From an uncultured Candidatus Saccharibacteria bacterium (GTDB lineage Bacteria > Patescibacteriota > Doudnabacteria > UBA920), in the NCBI GenBank assembly GCA_964434195.1, contig CAYSUI010000003.1, forward strand, positions 26,181 to 90,180: DNA of 64,000 nucleotides, in the 5' to 3' direction. This document shows positions 40,951-50,653 of this stretch, in pieces. The notes under the pieces are model-generated. The model ran no database searches. It worked only from the letters and a program-made list of their open reading frames with translations, and was not told where the DNA came from. Each line of letters opens with the position of its first letter. Within the stretch, counting starts at the first letter, position 1. A program made the position numbers and the translations under genes.

Positions 40951-41711
40951 TATGGACAATCGCTCTTGAACAGACTCCCTAAAAATCCACACCGTTTTTT
41001 TGCCTGTTCTCGAATTTTTCGATTGGGTTCTGTGATGACTACTCGCTGACAGTAGGCATCGCTCCTGACCCACTGTCCTTGATACCGAATGTACCAATGA
41101 CGGTCAGTACTAATGACACAGCCAGTATCTGGCTCTGATGCAACATCGCTCTGGTTAATTGGCGCTGGTTCGGGTGAAGGAGAAGTGGGGGCTGGGCTTC
41201 TGTTTATGAAACCTTTTTTTGCACTCTCCTCATGTTTTCTAGGTTCGTTCTTTGGTAACGACTGGGGTTGTAATGGGGGCTCTGCATATACCCAACGTGG
41301 TCGTTTCGCGGGTTTTAGATTGGGAGTAGGCGCGGTTATGGGTCTAGTAAATATTACCGTTTCCACAACTTTACTTGAACTCACTTTGTTATACCTAGAA
41401 ACGTTATTCCTCGAAACAACCATAAGCTTTTGTTGCTTTTTTGACTTAGGAGAAACTTCCTTTTTTTCGATTGGAGGCTTCCCCAGGTCTGGGGTGTCTT
41501 CACTCCCCAAAACCACACTGGCTTCTGTGCTATCCATTTCTGGAGTAGCTGAAACCATGGGTGATGGCTCTGGTGAAGGTGTAATGCTTTCTGTATTCAC
41601 GATTTTTGCTTGGTCGCTGGATATGGGAGGCAAATGTGGCTCATTTTGACTCGCGCAACCTGCGAACACTAAAACCGTGGCCACTAAAATGAGTGTGGTT
41701 AATTGTTTCAT
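40950..41711 (-). CDS. Lipoprotein with a conserved Cys-containing C-terminal domain, cassette copy B1
   Basis: Lipobox LVFAGC, S/P/T-rich linker, and a C-terminal DRHWYIRYQGQWVRSD...KKRCGFLGSLFKSDC that is paralogous to 42753..43310. Confidence 0.6.
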   Translation of the reverse strand: MKQLTTLILVATVLVFAGCASQNEPHLPPISSDQAKIVNTESITPSPEPSPMVSATPEMDSTEASVVLGSEDTPDLGKPPIEKKEVSPKSKKQQKLMVVSRNNVSRYNKVSSSKVVETVIFTRPITAPTPNLKPAKRPRWVYAEPPLQPQSLPKNEPRKHEESAKKGFINRSPAPTSPSPEPAPINQSDVASEPDTGCVISTDRHWYIRYQGQWVRSDAYCQRVVITEPNRKIREQAKKRCGFLGSLFKSDCP

Positions 41712-41857
41712 TATTCTCCTTCTTTTTGTGTGTGGAGTTCAGGGATAAAAAATGTACATGTTTTTTAGTGAGCAGTCAATATTTTATTGACACTAATACA
41801 TTTTTACGTTATTAATATACATTCGTTCTAATAGTAAATCTTTATTTGGAGGAACAG

Positions 41858-42697
41858 ATGAATTTCATTAATTACAGGAAAAGTTTCTTTTCGTTGACTG
41901 TTGTTTGTGTTGTAACTTTTGGAATTTTGGCCCAGGAAAAACCTAAATCCAGTGGGGGGGTAAATAAATTTGGAACCATTAAATACGAGAAGGCGACGCA
42001 AAGCCCTAAGCCAAAACCGACGCCGGTGAAAATAATAAAAGCTAATCCTTTAGGTTCGGAAAGCAATCCCAGGGGGCCGATAAACAAACCAACACCGTCG
42101 CCTACCCCTACACCAACACCCAAACCGTCGCCTACCCCTACACCAACACCCAAACCCACACCGTCACCAACGCCAATTCTCAACGATGAAAATGGTTCGA
42201 CTAATAGAGTCAGGGTCGCGGGTACGAATCCATGGACTAAAAATGCTACAAACCAAGAATTTTCTCTAGTAACAAAGTGCGAAGATGTAAATTACAAGTG
42301 TCTCTTTTTGGCAAGCTTTTTGATATCGAATATCCAAAATGAGTTCACTAAAAAATTTGCAGAAGAACAGCTCAAAAAATTCTATGACGAGCGTACGCCA
42401 ATTCAGGAACCTAAAAGAGCTGGCGAAAATTACACTTTGTCGGAAGAAAAAATTCGTGAGATTGAAGTAGCATTAAGTACCTCCTACTTGCTAGATTCGG
42501 AGAGTGTTAGAACTAAAAACTTAATGGAACAACTTGGATTTCTGTTAAGTATGAAAGTAGTGGATAATGAAGGGAATGTTACCCGCGAACCAGACTTAGT
42601 GGGTGCGAGTAAGGCACTTAAGCTTTCCGGAAACACCACTTTCTACAACCTGGTGATGCTTGAAATTGCCAAAAGCGTAGTCGAAAAGGATAAATAA
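41858..42697 (+). CDS. Secreted Pro/Thr-linker protein, cassette copy A2
   Basis: GGAGG RBS before the ATG at 41858. Signal peptide. PSPTPTPTPK repeats. C-terminal domain paralogous to A1. Confidence 0.6.
   Translation: MNFINYRKSFFSLTVVCVVTFGILAQEKPKSSGGVNKFGTIKYEKATQSPKPKPTPVKIIKANPLGSESNPRGPINKPTPSPTPTPTPKPSPTPTPTPKPTPSPTPILNDENGSTNRVRVAGTNPWTKNATNQEFSLVTKCEDVNYKCLFLASFLISNIQNEFTKKFAEEQLKKFYDERTPIQEPKRAGENYTLSEEKIREIEVALSTSYLLDSESVRTKNLMEQLGFLLSMKVVDNEGNVTREPDLVGASKALKLSGNTTFYNLVMLEIAKSVVEKDK
42114..42187 (+). repeat. Perfect 30-bp tandem repeat, two full copies plus a partial third, inside the A2 gene
   Basis: CCGTCGCCTACCCCTACACCAACACCCAAA occurs twice. It encodes PSPTPTPTPK. Confidence 0.8.
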
Positions 42698-42730
42698 AAT
42701 CCCACACTAAAACTTTAGTATGGGATTGCG

Positions 42731-42755
42731 CACACTCACGGAGTGTGTTTTTTTA
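42731..42755. terminator. Bidirectional terminator between the convergent A2 and B2 genes
   Basis: CACACTC-acg-GAGTGTG followed by T7. An additional upstream hairpin is present. Confidence 0.75.
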
Positions 42756-43310
42756 TAAGTCGTTTTGGCGACAACTTTTTTTGAATAAGCCGCCTTTCCA
42801 GAATCCGCATTTCTTTTTCTTGCGAATTTTTTCTTCATTGATAACCGCAGCATTGTCGGTCACACCGGCGGCTTTGGCACATAGATTGTCGTTACGAATT
42901 TGTTGACCGTCTCTTATGATGTACCAATGATTGTCGACACCGAGACGACAAGTCTCCGCGATATTTTTTAATCGTTCCTCATGATAGTCGCGGTCTACCG
43001 TAGCAGAAACAACTTCGTTTGGGTTCAAAGCCGGTTGAGCAACCACAACCAAAGGCGTTGGGGTTACCGATGCACGCCCACTTAGCTGTGGCTCTGCTGG
43101 AACTGAGGGGTCTATGCCAGCGTTGCCGCTTACTGAGCCAAGTGTGTCCGGGATGTCTCCGGACTTTGGGGTGTTCTTTGTCACTGGGGTCCCTGTAGCC
43201 GCAGCCAAACTTGGTATATGCGGCTCGTTCTCGGTTGACTTGCCTCGACATGAAGCCAAAGCAAGGGCCATAAAAATCAAAAAGAAAAGTTTAGCAAACT
43301 TTGTCTTCAT
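42753..43310 (-). CDS. Lipoprotein with a conserved Cys-containing C-terminal domain, cassette copy B2
   Basis: Lipobox LALASC. C-terminal DNHWYIIRDGQQIRND...KKKCGFWKGGLFKKSC is paralogous to B1. Confidence 0.6.
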   Translation of the reverse strand: MKTKFAKLFFLIFMALALASCRGKSTENEPHIPSLAAATGTPVTKNTPKSGDIPDTLGSVSGNAGIDPSVPAEPQLSGRASVTPTPLVVVAQPALNPNEVVSATVDRDYHEERLKNIAETCRLGVDNHWYIIRDGQQIRNDNLCAKAAGVTDNAAVINEEKIRKKKKCGFWKGGLFKKSCRQNDL

Positions 43311-43522
43311 ATCTTCCCTCCATTTTGGTCTAAAGTTTCTGAATTAGTAAGAAGTTGGAATGTACAATAATTTAACCTAATGGTCAATAGCTTTATTGAC
43401 ATAGAAGTGTGTTTTTCATTAGAATCACAAGTTCGGAAGTTTGTGCTTCTGAATACATAGAGTTGTGAGAAGCACGACTCCTCACCGAATTCAAAACTAA
43501 ATTCAAGATGGAGGAATTTTTT

Positions 43523-46090
43523 ATGAATTTGAAATTTCCGAAAATGGATTTTTTCAAAAATATTTCCTGGTTTAGGAAAAAGGACAGGGTAACAGATTCT
43601 GAGCCAAGACCACCTTCGAAACCAATGAAAGAAAAACTGAAAGATTTTCCGTGGAAAAAAGCATTAATAATAACCGCGGTCACGATGGTTGTTATTTTTG
43701 TACCTCCTTGGATTTATTATCTTTCTAGGGCTTCTGAGTTGGAACCTGAGGTGCAGAGCGCCCAGAACACCATTAATGACTTGCGTGGGGTTAGAATTGA
43801 AACTCAAGTGGAAGGCGAAGATGGAAAGCCCGTAGTTGAATACGTGGCTACCTCCACTTCTAAAGCCATGAGGGATGAGAAGAATAACCCGCGGTCGAAT
43901 GTCCGTATGGAGTATAGATACTTCGCGGATATTGATCCTGAATTTCTCACTAGCGTAATTGCTGTTGAAGATGCTAACAGGTCGCGGTTCTACCATATTG
44001 GGGTTGACCCAAGGGGTGTGGGACGGTCTTTACAGCAACTTTTCAATAAGCATATCCGCGGAAAGCAGAATGAAAGAGTGGGTGGCGGTTCGACGCTCGA
44101 GATGCAGATCATGAAGTCTCTCTATCTAAAGAAGGAGAAGACCTTTGATCGGAAAACCGACCAAATGATTATGGCCTACCTTACTTTCAAAAACTATGAT
44201 GAAATGGTTATCCAAGAGATGTATTTCAACATTGTTTATTTGGGAAATTCGGAGGGTCATAGACTTTGGGGGTTTGAGAGCGCGTCTCGTTCGGTGTTTG
44301 GCACCAGCATTAGCGATAAGCACAAAGACCAATGGGCTTATCTTATAGCGACCCTTCCCGCACCGGAGTGCTTGGGCTACTTCCAGTCTAAGTCTTGTCC
44401 TGGTGGGACCGACTGGAAAGCCGAGACACTCAAGCGCTACAACATGGTACTTGGGAAGATGCTTGGAGCTGGGGTAATTAGTCCCGAAGAGCATGAAGCA
44501 TTCAAAGATAACCTGCCTATGATTGGTTCTGTAACTAAAGATAGCGACGCACAGTCGGTACCATTCTTTACGGAACAGACTAAGAAGCAGGTAATGAATA
44601 AATATCCGACCGAACAACTTGGTCGGATTGCTGCTGAGTCTAAGATTGACCCTAAACTCACCCAACTGGCCAGGAATGCTCTTCAAGAGACCCTTGAGCC
44701 ACTGCAGAAACAAGTTGATAATTCACTAATTTTGGTAGTAACTACTCCGGGTGGCAAGAAAACAATTGCCGCTAGGGGTAGGGTGGATATTGAAAAGTTG
44801 CTGAAGAAAGCTACGGTGGCGGAAGGGGCAACCGTGACTCTGGTAATGACCACTAGCCAAAAAGTATTAGCAACAGGCAAGGAGAATATTCAAACACTTT
44901 TGCCCAAGCTACTACTCGATGGGGCGGTGGTGATTCTCGATTCAGCAAGCGGAGTGCCAATTGTCTATGTTGGCGGCTCCAACTACGGCATTGGACCTGG
45001 TCAGTCTCAACTGGACAGAGTGACCGATGGAGCAGATGCGATTGGTTCTATAAAAAAGATCCCAATGGCAATTGCGGCTATCGGAACCAAGGAAGTGACC
45101 GCAGCTAGCTACTTCCCTAACCAACCGGTAATCCCGTGTCGAAGTGGACAAGCTCAGTGTGAACCGTGGCCTAAGAACTTTCATAATTCACCATATGGAG
45201 GCGACATGCCTCTGTGGGATGTAATTAGAAAGTCCATGAATGCCCCGGCTGCGCATCTAGCAATGAAACGAGTGGACGGGAGCACTATCTTGTTCCAGTC
45301 GTTTGAGTTCACTGAAGTACTAGGGATTCCTTTTCCCGACGTAAAGACACTTTCCCCTACTTACGCGCTGGGTATTGAGGCCCTTAGACCTATTCAGGTC
45401 GCAGAGCTCGGTGCACTTATTGCGAACGATGGAATTGAATGGACACCCAGGAGATTCTGGGTTTCGCTTAAGAAAGATGGTGTGAAGGTAGATGAAGTTG
45501 TTAAGAAGTTTAAGCCAAATGAAGAATACCAACAGGCTGTAGTAGCTGTCCGCGAAATTATGCGCTTGGTCGCAAGACCGGGTGGCACTGCGGGTAGACT
45601 CGCTACCACATTTAAAGCTGATCCTTTTCTTTCGACTCAGCTTGCTTGCAAGACTGGTTCGAGCAGACGGACTGGCTGGTTAATGTGCTCTTGGCCGAAA
45701 CACTCCATGGCAATTCGAATTGGCTTCGACGAAGACTTTGGGAAAACGGAACTTACTGGTGGAGGCTCTGCACTGCTAGTGGCCGAAAAACTCCTGCCTG
45801 CTATGAAAAAAGCGAGGCCGGATTTGTTCGACACACAGTGGAAGAGTCCTTCTGAGTATGGTCTTGTTCCTTGCTCTTCTGGAGGTACGGTTGTTTGGCT
45901 CTTACCAGGCACAGAGGGGAAGGCTCCTGGTTGCGGTGAAATATCTGCACCTAGTGAACCCCAAATAGCCGAAAAACTAACAAAAGAGAAGAATAACAAG
46001 CCTTCAGATGCAGAAACCCGTGCTCCTAATGGAGCGGAGAGCATAGCCGGAAAGAAACCCGAAGGGGTTAAACTACAAGCAAGGAAATAA
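43523..46090 (+). CDS. Divergent bifunctional PBP-like protein (GT51-like plus transpeptidase-like)
   Basis: GGAGGA RBS. TM anchor. GT51-like blocks VIAVEDANRSRFYHIGVD and GGSTLEMQIM. Transpeptidase-like SIKK and KTGSS. Confidence 0.65.
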   Translation: MNLKFPKMDFFKNISWFRKKDRVTDSEPRPPSKPMKEKLKDFPWKKALIITAVTMVVIFVPPWIYYLSRASELEPEVQSAQNTINDLRGVRIETQVEGEDGKPVVEYVATSTSKAMRDEKNNPRSNVRMEYRYFADIDPEFLTSVIAVEDANRSRFYHIGVDPRGVGRSLQQLFNKHIRGKQNERVGGGSTLEMQIMKSLYLKKEKTFDRKTDQMIMAYLTFKNYDEMVIQEMYFNIVYLGNSEGHRLWGFESASRSVFGTSISDKHKDQWAYLIATLPAPECLGYFQSKSCPGGTDWKAETLKRYNMVLGKMLGAGVISPEEHEAFKDNLPMIGSVTKDSDAQSVPFFTEQTKKQVMNKYPTEQLGRIAAESKIDPKLTQLARNALQETLEPLQKQVDNSLILVVTTPGGKKTIAARGRVDIEKLLKKATVAEGATVTLVMTTSQKVLATGKENIQTLLPKLLLDGAVVILDSASGVPIVYVGGSNYGIGPGQSQLDRVTDGADAIGSIKKIPMAIAAIGTKEVTAASYFPNQPVIPCRSGQAQCEPWPKNFHNSPYGGDMPLWDVIRKSMNAPAAHLAMKRVDGSTILFQSFEFTEVLGIPFPDVKTLSPTYALGIEALRPIQVAELGALIANDGIEWTPRRFWVSLKKDGVKVDEVVKKFKPNEEYQQAVVAVREIMRLVARPGGTAGRLATTFKADPFLSTQLACKTGSSRRTGWLMCSWPKHSMAIRIGFDEDFGKTELTGGGSALLVAEKLLPAMKKARPDLFDTQWKSPSEYGLVPCSSGGTVVWLLPGTEGKAPGCGEISAPSEPQIAEKLTKEKNNKPSDAETRAPNGAESIAGKKPEGVKLQARK

Positions 46091-46100
46091 CCCAATATAA

Positions 46101-46124
46101 CCTGATTAAGTTCAGGTTTTTTTA
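46101..46124 (+). terminator. Intrinsic terminator
   Basis: CCTGA-ttaagt-TCAGG followed by T7. Confidence 0.75.
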
Positions 46125-46219
46125 TTTGCCCCCAGGTAGTTGACAGAATGGGCGATAATCGGTATTCTCGAGTGTCCTCCCAGTGGGAGAGACTATCAAA
46201 ACAGATGGAGGTATTTAAG

Positions 46220-47659
46220 ATGACTGATGAGACTTTGGATCCGATCAATCCCACTGGAGCTGAGCTGAAAACTGTTGTGGTTCAGGGGAACGGTCGGTCG
46301 GCGGCAAGTGAATCTGGAACCCATGTGCATCGTATGCCGATTAACAGCACTACGATGGGAGCGGAGGCTACACAGCCTTCCTCAATGGTGCAGGTAGCGA
46401 GGTTCGGCTTGGTGACGGCGACACTAGTGTTGGCTTTTTTTGCTTACAAGAGTGGGACCGTTGTTATGTACGTTGCTGCGGGTTTGCTTCTGGTGGCGAC
46501 TGCGGTCACGTTTTTTCTGACCCGCAGCAAAACGGAAGCGAGCATTGTGGGTAAAACTCAACCGGGAGTTGGTACAGTGAAACCGAAAGGCGGATCGAAG
46601 TGGAGCCGTACTTACTGGGTTGAAACCTACGAGAAGAACCCCTCAAAAATTGGGGACATGCTTAAAGGGCTAGTGAAAACTTGTTCTTTCTGGATATGTC
46701 TAATTTGGGGACTTCTGTGGTTTGCACCACTGATGATTTACACCAACGGTCGTACTCGTACCATTCTGGTACTTTTCGATGGCGGACAAGGGTTCTTAAT
46801 TCCCTTGATCATACTGGGGTGCTTTGCGGGAATCTCTATGGTTCTCCACAAAAAAGGAATCCTTGTCCCGGATAAGGTACGTGATCCGCAGACTGGACAA
46901 ATAGTTTCGGACTACAAACCTACGGTTTTCCGAACTGGAATGTTGATTACTGCGGTACTTCTGATCTGTGCATGGTTTCCATCTACGATTAAAAAAATCT
47001 ACGATGATAAACAGGTTGTACAGATTAGAAAACTAACAGGGATATCGGGACTATGGAATAAAAATTCCCACTCGTTCTATACCCCTCCGGAGACATACGG
47101 ACCGAGACCAACGTTTGGTGAATACATTTACTTCCTAAAGCTTGAGCCTTATGACGTAAATATGAAGAGCGTGGGTCTTTCGCGGTATGAAACCGCTTGC
47201 AAGATGTACGGGCACCCTGAGGTACCGAGAACTTGTTTTATACGAGTTCCTCGTTTGCAGATTACAATTGATCTGCAAGGACTCGTGGAACTTAACAACA
47301 AGAACCATCGGGTGAAGGACCTTCGCGAGGAGGAACTTTTCAGAATTGGAGTGATCCTCCAACATCTTGCGAACGTTAAGAAGCAACTCCATTTAAAGAG
47401 TACAGGGGAGGAGCAGGATGAACTGCTTGACAACTGGTTCGCGAAGGCGATTCAAGCGGCTAGAAACACCCCGTTTGGCAACGTTTCGGGACTTTCTAAA
47501 CCGTTCGATTTGCCAGTACATGTTATAAGTGTTCATCCGGATTCGGAGATAAACATCATCAACAACGGTAACGGCAATGAGCAACCCGCTCAGACCGAAC
47601 AACCGCCACCGAATGATGGTGATCCACCGGTACAAGAAAAACCGAAAGACGTTCCTTAA
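46220..47659 (+). CDS. Hypothetical polytopic membrane protein
   Basis: GGAGG RBS before the ATG at 46220. Several TM helices. Elevated GC. Confidence 0.5.
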   Translation: MTDETLDPINPTGAELKTVVVQGNGRSAASESGTHVHRMPINSTTMGAEATQPSSMVQVARFGLVTATLVLAFFAYKSGTVVMYVAAGLLLVATAVTFFLTRSKTEASIVGKTQPGVGTVKPKGGSKWSRTYWVETYEKNPSKIGDMLKGLVKTCSFWICLIWGLLWFAPLMIYTNGRTRTILVLFDGGQGFLIPLIILGCFAGISMVLHKKGILVPDKVRDPQTGQIVSDYKPTVFRTGMLITAVLLICAWFPSTIKKIYDDKQVVQIRKLTGISGLWNKNSHSFYTPPETYGPRPTFGEYIYFLKLEPYDVNMKSVGLSRYETACKMYGHPEVPRTCFIRVPRLQITIDLQGLVELNNKNHRVKDLREEELFRIGVILQHLANVKKQLHLKSTGEEQDELLDNWFAKAIQAARNTPFGNVSGLSKPFDLPVHVISVHPDSEINIINNGNGNEQPAQTEQPPPNDGDPPVQEKPKDVP

Positions 47660-47667
47660 TGGAATAC

Positions 47668-47691
47668 ACAGGACCTAGTCCTGTTTTTTTA
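47668..47691 (+). terminator. Intrinsic terminator
   Basis: ACAGGAC-cta-GTCCTGT followed by T7. Confidence 0.8.
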
Positions 47692-47722
47692 TTAAAAATC
47701 TCCTATATAAAAAATCCCGATT

Positions 47723-48556
47723 TTAGTCGGGTTTTAAAATGGTGTCGAAGTCGGGCTTGGGTGGGTGCGGATCTGGTTCAAGATACATTGTGAACTCTAC
47801 TTGTTCATCTATTACCCAAACCTCGCCTTCCTCTCTGGCATTGTTAAAATTTCCTGAGAGAGATAGAGCCTCTCTTGGAATAACCAGCCAACCGTTTTGC
47901 TGGTCGGGTTTTAGGGTAAGAACATTACCCCTAATTCTATCCGACTTGTTCACATCACCTTCTGCTATTTCAAACTTTTCTTCATCGTTTATAAAGACTC
48001 GGTTCCGAGAAAGCAAATAGCCTAGGTCCAAATGAACATTCCCCAGTAGCTTACAGAGCTCTCTTGTCTCTGGGTGCCTATAACCGCAGACAGCACTCCA
48101 TGGGTCATATAAGCAGTCACCAAGTCCGAGCAATTGAGTTGGCTCATAGTCAGAATTTGCGTCGAACGCATATTCGAATTCTATACCTTCGATCTTTTTG
48201 AACTCTGTGTAGACTAAATGCTGACACACTTGCTTCTCTACCAAAGACTTCCAATTGGCACAGAAGTAAACTTTTTCTTTACCGTCTGCTAACCAGATTT
48301 GGGTAGGGACTCCAGAACCGTTTGAATTCCTGAGATGCATTATCCCTGCGGGCTCACCTCTTTCTCGCTTTAGGACGTAACGGTGAAAACCACCCCAAGG
48401 GATATCACCGTCGAATAGGAATTCCACTGCCCAATATGTGACCTTCAAGCGTGAATCAAAATTAGGGGCGGCTTGAGGAACTTTTAGGAGCGGGGTGTTA
48501 AGTAAAATTCCTCTTGCCTCCCTTAAAACTAAAGAACTGTTTGGCATTTCTACCAT
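47723..48556 (-). CDS. Hypothetical protein, 277 aa
   Basis: AAGGAG RBS 9 nt before the ATG at 48556. The track extension to 48661 runs into the upstream terminator. Confidence 0.5.
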   Translation of the reverse strand: MVEMPNSSLVLREARGILLNTPLLKVPQAAPNFDSRLKVTYWAVEFLFDGDIPWGGFHRYVLKRERGEPAGIMHLRNSNGSGVPTQIWLADGKEKVYFCANWKSLVEKQVCQHLVYTEFKKIEGIEFEYAFDANSDYEPTQLLGLGDCLYDPWSAVCGYRHPETRELCKLLGNVHLDLGYLLSRNRVFINDEEKFEIAEGDVNKSDRIRGNVLTLKPDQQNGWLVIPREALSLSGNFNNAREEGEVWVIDEQVEFTMYLEPDPHPPKPDFDTILKPD

Positions 48557-48650
48557 ATTTCTCACTCCTTGTGTATTTTGCTTTGGACTAGTGCTTGCGT
48601 TGGCAAAAACTAGACCTGAAAACATAGCATAAGCGCTATTTTTAGGCAAT

Positions 48651-48680
48651 AAAAAACCCACACTTGATTCTTAGTGTGGG
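48651..48680 (-). terminator. Intrinsic terminator of the M23 peptidase gene
   Basis: Minus strand reads CCCACACT-aagaatca-AGTGTGGG followed by T6. Confidence 0.8.
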
Positions 48681-48686
48681 ATATAA

Positions 48687-49415
48687 TTATGGCGCATCTA
48701 CAGGATCGTCCATGGGTAAGCTTGAAAATCTAACTGATTTTAGTGGACAAGTGGCACAGGTGCGTTTTTTTACTTCAATGTGGAGATGCGGTCCTGTGAC
48801 CCTACTCCCAGTAGCTCCAACGGTGGCGATATAATCCCCTTCTTTTATTACATCACCAACTTGTAAGGGAACCCATAACTTAGTAACAGGATTCCACTTT
48901 GCGGCGGGTTTGTTGAAATGACAATAAGTGAATTGCCAGCGAGAGTTTTCAAAAATTAATCCATTGCCACAGCGACTGATTCTTCCCCTACCATCTCTCA
49001 GGGGAACTATTCTTTTTACCTCGCCGCTGTCTACTGCTTTTATAGGGGTACCTATTTTGGCTCCGAGGTCGATGGCGCTGGTTCTCCCACCATATTTTCT
49101 TTCATGAGCAGCTTCCCCATGGGTAACCGGCGCACCAGGGAGTGGGTTTGTAAAAGTCCCATCTCCAGTCCTTGAAGTATTTCTACTCGTAGGAGCTGAT
49201 GAAACGGCGAGACGACGAATTTCAGCGATTATTCCGTTTTCGACTTCGGCGTCGGACTTAACTACCCATTTACCGAATCTATTTGAAGAACCAGGTTCCT
49301 GTGGCTTAGAATTACCTCCGCCATTTTTGGTGGGACCGACGACTCTAACCGATTGCGAGAATGCCTGGCTAAATATTAGGGCTAAACCTAAGCAGGTTGC
49401 AGTTAGTTTTCTCAC
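48687..49415 (-). CDS. Secreted M23-family metallopeptidase (LytM-like)
   Basis: Signal peptide. GPHLHIEV HxH motif and upstream His/Asp ligand candidates. Confidence 0.75.
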   Translation of the reverse strand: MRKLTATCLGLALIFSQAFSQSVRVVGPTKNGGGNSKPQEPGSSNRFGKWVVKSDAEVENGIIAEIRRLAVSSAPTSRNTSRTGDGTFTNPLPGAPVTHGEAAHERKYGGRTSAIDLGAKIGTPIKAVDSGEVKRIVPLRDGRGRISRCGNGLIFENSRWQFTYCHFNKPAAKWNPVTKLWVPLQVGDVIKEGDYIATVGATGSRVTGPHLHIEVKKRTCATCPLKSVRFSSLPMDDPVDAP

Positions 49416-49588
49416 CTATTCACCCTCCTTTTTAGAATATATTGCGTAAAATAATTAATAAACTTAGCAGAGGCGGGGGGGAGTGTCAAACCCCACTGCT
49501 AAATATTTTTGACAACAAAGCAATTTTTCTTTATACATAAAGGCTTAATCTATTGAAGATTTTGCAAAACCATAGTGGAGGAAAGCTA

Positions 49589-50560
49589 ATGTATTTAACA
49601 AAAATGGACAGAGCCAACCTGGGCGCAGCTAGCAGCGCGGCCGCGAAGGCTATCTTTGCAGATTCAGATGAGTTATCTTTGGGTCTTGCTGAGGCGTTCC
49701 CTCAGTTAAGACAATATGACCCTGAATATGACTTTGACGTGTTTGGTAACCACCAGCGTTTTGTGGTGAATGCTAGACTCTCAAACGAAGAATTGGCGCT
49801 TATGGCTCCTAAACAAGCCGAGAGACAAGAAGCCGATATTGATCGCTTCCTGTACGTTAAACGAAGACTGCGTGGGGTGGCTGAGTCCGGACTTCAGTCG
49901 GTACTTCTTCCTAATATAGAACTACCAAGATTGTTTATGGCGACACCGGTTATGTATACCAGCATGCCAACATTCAAGCGAAACGGTGAACCGGTTGCGC
50001 CCGATATTATGGGACTAGCTTCGCTGTTACCTACTGAGCAATGGCAATTGGGCGTGCAGGTTTTCAATGGTCCGAACTCCCGTAATATTTCCGAGTATCA
50101 GGGAGACACCATAGGAACAGAAACCACTCGTACACTTGCTCATGCAACACGCACATTCGATATGGTAACTCTTGCTACGAATTATTTTCACGAGCTGGAT
50201 ATGCGAAGAGTACCGGACTATGACCCTTTTATCTTGGGAACAATTTTTGGATTCCCATTTACGTTCTTGCTCGGCCGGTTTTCGGACGAACCGCTGGAGC
50301 ACGTTGATTCCATGACTCACCGGACCATTGAGTTCCTGAGGCAATCAGGATCCCGCTTGGCGCAGAGGGGTTCGAGGCGTGACTTGCTATACATGACCGG
50401 GCAGTTTGTAACAAACCGAGGACAGGTACTGTGGGATACCATTCGTGCCATGGTCCAATCCCACGAACATGGTTCGCTGTTTGAATGGTTCAATACGGCG
50501 AGTTTACGACTACCTGAAGTATCTCGCTCGCAGCGAATGTTTTTACCCCAAACTAACTAA
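49589..50560 (+). CDS. Hypothetical protein, 324 aa
   Basis: GGAGGA RBS before the ATG at 49589. About 49% GC. No motif. Confidence 0.5.
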   Translation: MYLTKMDRANLGAASSAAAKAIFADSDELSLGLAEAFPQLRQYDPEYDFDVFGNHQRFVVNARLSNEELALMAPKQAERQEADIDRFLYVKRRLRGVAESGLQSVLLPNIELPRLFMATPVMYTSMPTFKRNGEPVAPDIMGLASLLPTEQWQLGVQVFNGPNSRNISEYQGDTIGTETTRTLAHATRTFDMVTLATNYFHELDMRRVPDYDPFILGTIFGFPFTFLLGRFSDEPLEHVDSMTHRTIEFLRQSGSRLAQRGSRRDLLYMTGQFVTNRGQVLWDTIRAMVQSHEHGSLFEWFNTASLRLPEVSRSQRMFLPQTN

Positions 50561-50578
50561 ATAGTTTGGGATTTTTTT
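50547..50578 (+). terminator. Intrinsic terminator
   Basis: CCCAAACTA-loop-TAGTTTGGG followed by A T7. The stop codon is in the loop. Confidence 0.8.
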
Positions 50579-50653
50579 ATTGACAATAGATGAGGAATAT
50601 GTTAAACAAATATTTCATTTCTAAATGTTTTTAGCAGAAGAAGGAGGAAAGGA

